This document shows positions 63,175-64,000 of a DNA stretch of 64,000 bases, piece after piece; the stretch's first letter is position 1, and every line of letters starts with the position of its first letter. The stretch lies in the NCBI RefSeq assembly GCF_006345805.1, contig NC_043000.1, positions 34,720,001-34,784,000 of the forward strand, read 5' to 3'. The position numbers were made by a program, and so were the translations under genes. Origin of the DNA: Octopus sinensis (taxonomy: Eukaryota). Below the pieces are notes generated by a model that saw nothing but the letters and a program-made list of their open reading frames with translations, ran no database searches and had not been told where the DNA came from.

Positions 63175-63550
63175 AGGTGCAGGTGTGACTGTGTGGCAAA
63201 AAGATTGCTTCCCAACCACATGGTTCTGTGTTCAGTCCCACCGCGTGGCACCTTGGATAAGTGTCTTCTAAAACAGCTTTGGGCCAACTAAAACATTATG
63301 AGTAGATTTGGTAGATAAAAACTGAAAGAAGCCTGTACACATGCACACACACACACACACGTGTGTGTTTATCCCCCACCACAGTTTGACAACTGTTGTC
63401 AAACTGCGTTGGTGTGTTTACGTCCCTGTAACTTAGTAGTTTGGTTTAAAAAGAAAAGAATAAGTCCTGAGGTCAATTCATTCAGCTAAAAATTCTTCAA
63501 GGCAGTGCCCCAGGATGGCCAAAGTCTAATGACTGAAACAAGTAAAAGAT
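63175..63550 (+). mobile_element. full-length SINE family A
   Basis: gtgtgactgtgtgg..gttcagtcccaccgcgtggcaccttggataagtgtcttcta..(CA/GT) microsatellite..ttgacaac..gtgtttacgtccctgtaacttag..aatgactgaaacaagtaaaaga. Confidence 0.85.
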
Positions 63551-63769
63551 ACTATTTCATTGCATTCAGATCAGTTGTGAAACCAAATAATCTAAATCGA
63601 AAGTCAAATAAATGAGAATGAACAAAAGCTTTACTGTAATATATTGATTTCCAAATTTGGCACAAGGCCAGAAATTTGGGGGGAGGAATTTGATTACATT
63701 GACTCCAGTGTTTAACTGGTACTTATTTTATCAACCCTGAAAGATAAAGTCAACTTTTATAGTAATGGC

Positions 63770-64000
63770 ATGTAAGAAGCACCATATGAATGTGGTTGAT
63801 GCTAGGTCTGACTGACTGGCTCCTGTGCCGGTGGCATGTATAAAGCATCATCTGTGGTCGATGCCAAGTCCACCTGACTGGCTTCATGCTGGTGGCACAT
63901 ATAAAGCACCATCCAAACGTGGTTAATGCCAGATCTACCTAACAGGTTCCTGTGCCAGTGGCACATAAAAGCACCATCTGAATGTGGTCGATGCCAGTAC
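63770..64000 (+). repeat. array of ~60-nt RTE 3' UTR hairpin units (runs off the window)
   Basis: Repeated gtggcat..aaagcacc/atc..gtggtcgatgcca..ctgactggct units. Confidence 0.85.

Overview
AT-rich, microsatellite-dense eukaryotic DNA made almost entirely of transposable-element remnants. I could not recognise any host protein-coding exon, rRNA or true tRNA gene, so the window is probably intronic or intergenic. The repeat families look like those of coleoid cephalopods, most likely Octopus; this is an inference from recalled repeat families, not a search result. Contents: (i) one fairly young 5'-truncated RTE LINE (53.4-55.0 kb) and more than 20 short copies of its structured 3' UTR ending in (GAT)n; (ii) at least three tRNA-headed SINE families; (iii) IS630-Tc1-mariner elements: a full-length dead mariner, a full-length dead DD37D/maT, a DD37D element split into two oppositely oriented halves, and a foldback MITE built from two mariner 3' ends; (iv) piggyBac-type TTAA MITEs; (v) Penelope-like element (PLE) GIY-YIG remnants; (vi) many palindromes and foldbacks. 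The most notable signal is a set of small non-coding repeats carrying minimal type I hammerhead-ribozyme motifs with palindromic stem III, often in inverted arrangements typical of PLE insertions. The best example joins a Pol III tRNA-like head to a hammerhead tail (56.07-56.33 kb, 10.67-10.95 kb, 23.25-23.35 kb) and is a candidate Penelope-mobilised, ribozyme-bearing SINE. All alignments and base-pairings were done by eye, and coordinates of degenerate repeats are approximate.
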